Source: Candidatus Parcubacteria bacterium (GTDB lineage Bacteria > Patescibacteriota > Minisyncoccia > Minisyncoccales > JAGMAB01). From it: a stretch of DNA of 48,865 nt. The DNA lies in assembly GCA_023131055.1 (NCBI GenBank), contig JAGMAB010000002.1, forward strand, positions 1 through 48,865, given 5' to 3'. A program made the position numbers and the translations under genes. The notes under the pieces were generated by a model. That model had not been told where the DNA came from. It saw nothing but the letters and a program-made list of their open reading frames with translations, and ran no database searches. Within the stretch, counting starts at the first letter, position 1. Every line of letters starts with the position of its first letter. This document shows positions 45,423 through 48,865 of the stretch, in pieces.

Positions 45423-45429
45423 TTAGGGC

Positions 45430-45819
45430 TTATTCCCTTTTCTTTAATCGCGCTTTTTTGCCTTTTGCTTCTCTCAAATAATAAAGTTTTGCCCGTCTCA
45501 CTTTTCCTTGTTTTATTATGTCTATTTTTTCAATTAGCGGCGAATGAATTGGAAAGATTTTTTCAACACCAATTCCGGAAATTACTTTTCGCACAGTAAT
45601 TGTTGCTGTTAATCCTTTTCCATGTTTCTTCGCCAAAACCAGCCCTTCAAAAACTTGAATTCTTTCTTTTTCTCCTTCTTTTTTGCCTCCCGCGGCCTTG
45701 CTTTTTAGCGGGGTAAATGCCGGGATTTTTTGATAAACCTGAACAGTATCACCCGGTCTGATTTTAGGCAAGTCATTTTTTAATTGATTTTTATTGAATG
45801 CTTCTGATTTAGTAATCAT
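45430..45819 (-). CDS. rplS: 50S ribosomal protein L19 (with ~15-aa insertion)
   Basis: [41 protein letters not shown]. Confidence 0.97.
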   Translation of the reverse strand: MITKSEAFNKNQLKNDLPKIRPGDTVQVYQKIPAFTPLKSKAAGGKKEGEKERIQVFEGLVLAKKHGKGLTATITVRKVISGIGVEKIFPIHSPLIEKIDIIKQGKVRRAKLYYLREAKGKKARLKKRE

Positions 45820-46436
45820 AGTTTTAATTTATTTTTAATTTCTTTTAATTCTTTTGGCAATTCTGACACAAATTCTTTTTCTTTTCCATCCGGCAGTTTT
45901 ATTTTCAGGAAGCTTGCGTGCAAGAATTGTCTTGTTAGCCCAACCGGGCAGGGTTGGTTCTTAAATCCATATAATTTATCTCCAACAATCGGACAGGATA
46001 TATAAGCAAGATGGCATCTGATTTGATGTTTTCTTCCGGTTTTCAGAGCAATTTCTAACAAAGTATATTTTTCATATTGCTTTAAGACTTTATATTCAGT
46101 GCTCGCGTTTCTTTTTCCGTTTGTTTGCGGTTCGTTAAGTAAATATACTTTTTGTTTTCTACGGTCTTTAGGGGAGCGGCCTATTAAGGTTTCAATTTTA
46201 CCATTTTTGGAAGACGGGCATCCAACTACTAAAGCAATATAATGCTTTTTTACTTTTCTTTCTTGAAATTGCTTTTGCAGGAATTCCAGCGCGTCATCAT
46301 TTTTTGCCGTCAATAAAATTCCCGAAGTATCTTTGTCTAATCTATGAGCAGGTCTGTCAAAATTATCAATAGTAATTCTTGCTGGCTTGTCAAAAACTTT
46401 AACATTTTCATCCTCGTAAATAATTTTCATTTCCAT
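45816..46436 (-). CDS. RluA-family pseudouridine synthase (no S4 domain)
   Basis: [34 protein letters not shown]. Confidence 0.92.
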   Translation of the reverse strand: MEMKIIYEDENVKVFDKPARITIDNFDRPAHRLDKDTSGILLTAKNDDALEFLQKQFQERKVKKHYIALVVGCPSSKNGKIETLIGRSPKDRRKQKVYLLNEPQTNGKRNASTEYKVLKQYEKYTLLEIALKTGRKHQIRCHLAYISCPIVGDKLYGFKNQPCPVGLTRQFLHASFLKIKLPDGKEKEFVSELPKELKEIKNKLKL

Positions 46437-46439
46437 ATG

Positions 46440-46513
46440 TGGGCGGTACAGGATTCGAACCTGTCACCTCTTCAATGTCACTGAAGCACTCTAACCAAAT
46501 GAGCTAACCGCCC
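46440..46513 (-). tRNA. tRNA-Val(GAC)
   Basis: GGGCGGT...CTTCA-GTGACAT-TGAAG...ACCGCCC-A. Confidence 0.93.
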
Positions 46514-46524
46514 TCGCGCGTGTG

Positions 46525-46597
46525 TGCGCGTGGATGGATTTGAACCATCGGCCTTTCGCTTATAAGACGAATGCTCTAACCACTGAGCTACACGCGC
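46525..46597 (-). tRNA. tRNA-Ile(TAT)
   Basis: GCGCGTG...TTCGT-CTTATAA-GCGAA...CACGCGC-A. Confidence 0.9.
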
Positions 46598-48477
46598 TTG
46601 ATTTTTATGTTAATTGATTTCTTTTGTCTTGTTTTTTCTTTCTTCTCCGGTTTTAATAATTCTTCAAATTCTTGTCTTTCAATTGTTTCTTTTTTTATAA
46701 GCACTTTGGCAATTTTATCAAGCAGTTTTCTGTTTTTAATTAAAATGTTTGTCGCTTGCTTTTCCGCGTTTTTAATAAATTTTGCCACTTCTTCATCAAT
46801 CCGGATAGCTATTTTTTCAGAATAATTTTTTTGTTCTCCGAGTTCTTTTCCTAAAAACACCATTTCTTCTTTTTTGCCGAAAGAAATCGGGCCCAAAGCA
46901 GACATTCCATATTCTTTAACTAATTTTCTTGCCAGTTCCGACGCCTTTTCCAAATCATTTGCCGCGCCCGTGGTAATTTCATTAAATTTTAATTTCTCGG
47001 CGCAGTAACCGCCCAATAAAGTGGTTAATTCAGATAAGAACTGCGTTTTCGTATGAATTTTTCTTTCTTCTTTAGGCATTTTTAAGGTATAGCCGGCAGC
47101 CATTCCGCGGGAAATAATTGATATTTTTCTTATCGGTTCCGCGTCCGGCGAGAAAGTTGATGTTAAAGCATGCCCGGTTTCATGATAAGCGGCAATTTCT
47201 TTCTCTTTTACTGACAAAATATGTGATTTTCTTTCAGGCCCCAATAAAACCTTTTCAATTGAGTCCAAAAATTCTTCCTGAAAGACCTGGTGTTTGTTTT
47301 TTCTCGCTGCTAAAATTGCGGCTTCATTAACCACATTTGCCAAGTCAGCTCCGGAAAATCCGGGCGTTCTTTCAGCCACTTCTCTTAAACCGACATTTAA
47401 AGCCAAAGGTTTTCCTCGGCAGTGAATTTTCAAAATTTCTTCCCTGTCATTGATATCAGGCAGGTCTAAAACGACTATTCTGTCAAACCTTCCGGGACGC
47501 AGCAGGGCAGGATCTAAAACATCCGGGCGGTTGGTAGCCGCAAAAACTAAAGTTGTGGATTCTTTTTCAAAGCCGTCCATTTCAACCAGGATTTGATTTA
47601 AAGTTTGTTCTCTTTCATCATGGCCTCCGCCTATGCCAGAACCTCTCACCCGGCCGATAGCGTCCAGCTCGTCAATAAAAATAATTGACTTGCCTGCTTT
47701 TTTGGCAGTGGAGAATAAATCCCTCACGCGCGAGCTTCCGACCCCCACAAACATCTCAATAAATTCTGAACCGGAAATTGAAAAGAACGGCACATTGCTT
47801 TCAGCTGCCACAGCTCTGGCAAGCATTGTTTTTCCTGTTCCCGGAGCGCCCACTAACAAAACTCCTCTTGGTATTCTGGCGCCGATGCTTAAATATTTTT
47901 TGGGATTTTTCAGAAAATCAACAATTTCTTTTAATTCTTCTTTCGCCTCTTTCAAACCCGCCACATCTTTAAAACTAATTTTTTCTTTTGACGCGCCTTT
48001 GGCGCCGAATAATTTAGCTCTGGCTTTTGAAAAATTAAACGCCTGCATTGCTCCTGTTTTTGCCTGCCGAAAAATCATCCAGAAAAAGAAACCAAAAAAT
48101 AAAAGAGGCAAAAAAAGCAATAAAAACGGAGCCAATCCCGCCCACGCGCCTCCTCCTTTTTTTGTTTCAACTTCTACTTTTTTCAGCTTTTCCAAAGACA
48201 CGCCATAATTTATCAGTGATTGTGAAAGCGCTGTTTCTGTTTCTTTTCGCGATATCGCTTTTGTTTCATCTTGGTATAAAATTGAAAGCTCGGACCCGGC
48301 AACAGTGATTTTTTTAACTTTTTCCTGCTCAATGTCTTCAACTAATTGAGTAATGGATACTATTTCTTTTTTTTCAAACGGTTGGAAAAACAAACTAAAA
48401 ACAGACGATATGAGCAGGAAAATCAGCACAACAAATATAAAATTTTTAATTAAACTATTAATATTTTTCTTTTTCAT
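46588..48477 (-). CDS. ftsH: ATP-dependent zinc metalloprotease FtsH
   Basis: Two TM helices, GAPGTGKT, FIDELDA, SRH LDPALLRPGRFDR, HETGH. Confidence 0.97.
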   Translation of the reverse strand: MKKKNINSLIKNFIFVVLIFLLISSVFSLFFQPFEKKEIVSITQLVEDIEQEKVKKITVAGSELSILYQDETKAISRKETETALSQSLINYGVSLEKLKKVEVETKKGGGAWAGLAPFLLLFLPLLFFGFFFWMIFRQAKTGAMQAFNFSKARAKLFGAKGASKEKISFKDVAGLKEAKEELKEIVDFLKNPKKYLSIGARIPRGVLLVGAPGTGKTMLARAVAAESNVPFFSISGSEFIEMFVGVGSSRVRDLFSTAKKAGKSIIFIDELDAIGRVRGSGIGGGHDEREQTLNQILVEMDGFEKESTTLVFAATNRPDVLDPALLRPGRFDRIVVLDLPDINDREEILKIHCRGKPLALNVGLREVAERTPGFSGADLANVVNEAAILAARKNKHQVFQEEFLDSIEKVLLGPERKSHILSVKEKEIAAYHETGHALTSTFSPDAEPIRKISIISRGMAAGYTLKMPKEERKIHTKTQFLSELTTLLGGYCAEKLKFNEITTGAANDLEKASELARKLVKEYGMSALGPISFGKKEEMVFLGKELGEQKNYSEKIAIRIDEEVAKFIKNAEKQATNILIKNRKLLDKIAKVLIKKETIERQEFEELLKPEKKEKTRQKKSINIKIKRV

Positions 48478-48495
48478 CTATGTATTTTTATTGGC

Positions 48496-48528
48496 GGGAA
48501 TGTTTGGGGTCAGACCCCAAACAATTCC
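48496..48528. repeat. REP-like palindrome, copy 4
   Basis: GGAATGTTTGGGG-TCAGA-CCCCAAACAATTCC. Confidence 0.72.
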
Positions 48529-48532
48529 TCAT

Positions 48533-48865
48533 TCACTTTTCTAATTTTAGGGTCATTCTGTGCTGTTCGGGACGAATTTCTAAAATCTGAAAATTATATT
48601 TTTTGTCAATTTCCAGCGCCTCTTCCATTTTTATCTTTGTTCCGAATTCAGAAATATGGCACAGCCCTTGAATTTCAGGCGTTATTTCAATAAAAGCCCC
48701 AAAAGGATTAAATTTACTCACCTTGCCTTTGATAGCGTCTCCTTTTTTATATTTTTTTTCAATATCCTGCCAAGGGTCTTTTTTCAGGGCTTTCAAAGAA
48801 AGAGAAACCTTGTTATTTGATATGTCAATAATTTTCGCTTTAATTTTTTGCCCTATTTTAACAAT
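48533..48865 (-). CDS. rpsA: 30S ribosomal protein S1, C-terminal part (truncated by window edge)
   Basis: S1 domain: SLKAL..DPW..GKVSKFNPFGAFIE..GLCHISE. Confidence 0.85.
   Translation of the reverse strand: MVKIGQKIKAKIIDISNNKVSLSLKALKKDPWQDIEKKYKKGDAIKGKVSKFNPFGAFIEITPEIQGLCHISEFGTKIKMEEALEIDKKYNFQILEIRPEQHRMTLKLEK

Overview
A low-GC bacterial window that looks like Patescibacteria/CPR (Parcubacteria-like). This assignment is an inference from the short IF-2, a tRNA-Ile(UAU), near-leaderless genes and a giant HTH-TM surface protein. In order it holds: two Fn3-like surface proteins, rny, tRNA-Gly/Pro, and a type IV pilus locus (histidine kinase, receiver, pilB ... pilC, four prepilin-like genes, pilMNO). 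The locus is interrupted by a ~9.6 kb accessory block: a 1907-aa repeat-rich protein, two AAA_14/DUF4143 ATPases and ~35-bp direct repeats. Next come tRNA-Arg, a glycine/sarcosine methyltransferase-like gene, an HNH nuclease, tRNA-His, HtrA and tRNA-Arg/Ala. An integrative, phage-satellite-like element starts at tRNA-Ala(GGC). It encodes a large serine recombinase, a TerS-like protein, an iteron origin, an AAA_25 helicase, a CHC2 zinc-finger protein and envelope cargo. The window ends with mltG, a panE-like gene, infB-rbfA, more tRNAs, rplS, an RluA-family gene, ftsH and partial rpsA. The most striking observation is in the element: I see no repressor gene, yet four of its leaders carry strand-specific RNA structures. 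Two can fold as cloverleaves with cis-complementary upstream sequences, reminiscent of P1 c4 / P4 CI antisense control. All calls were made by eye; no searches or folding programs were run.
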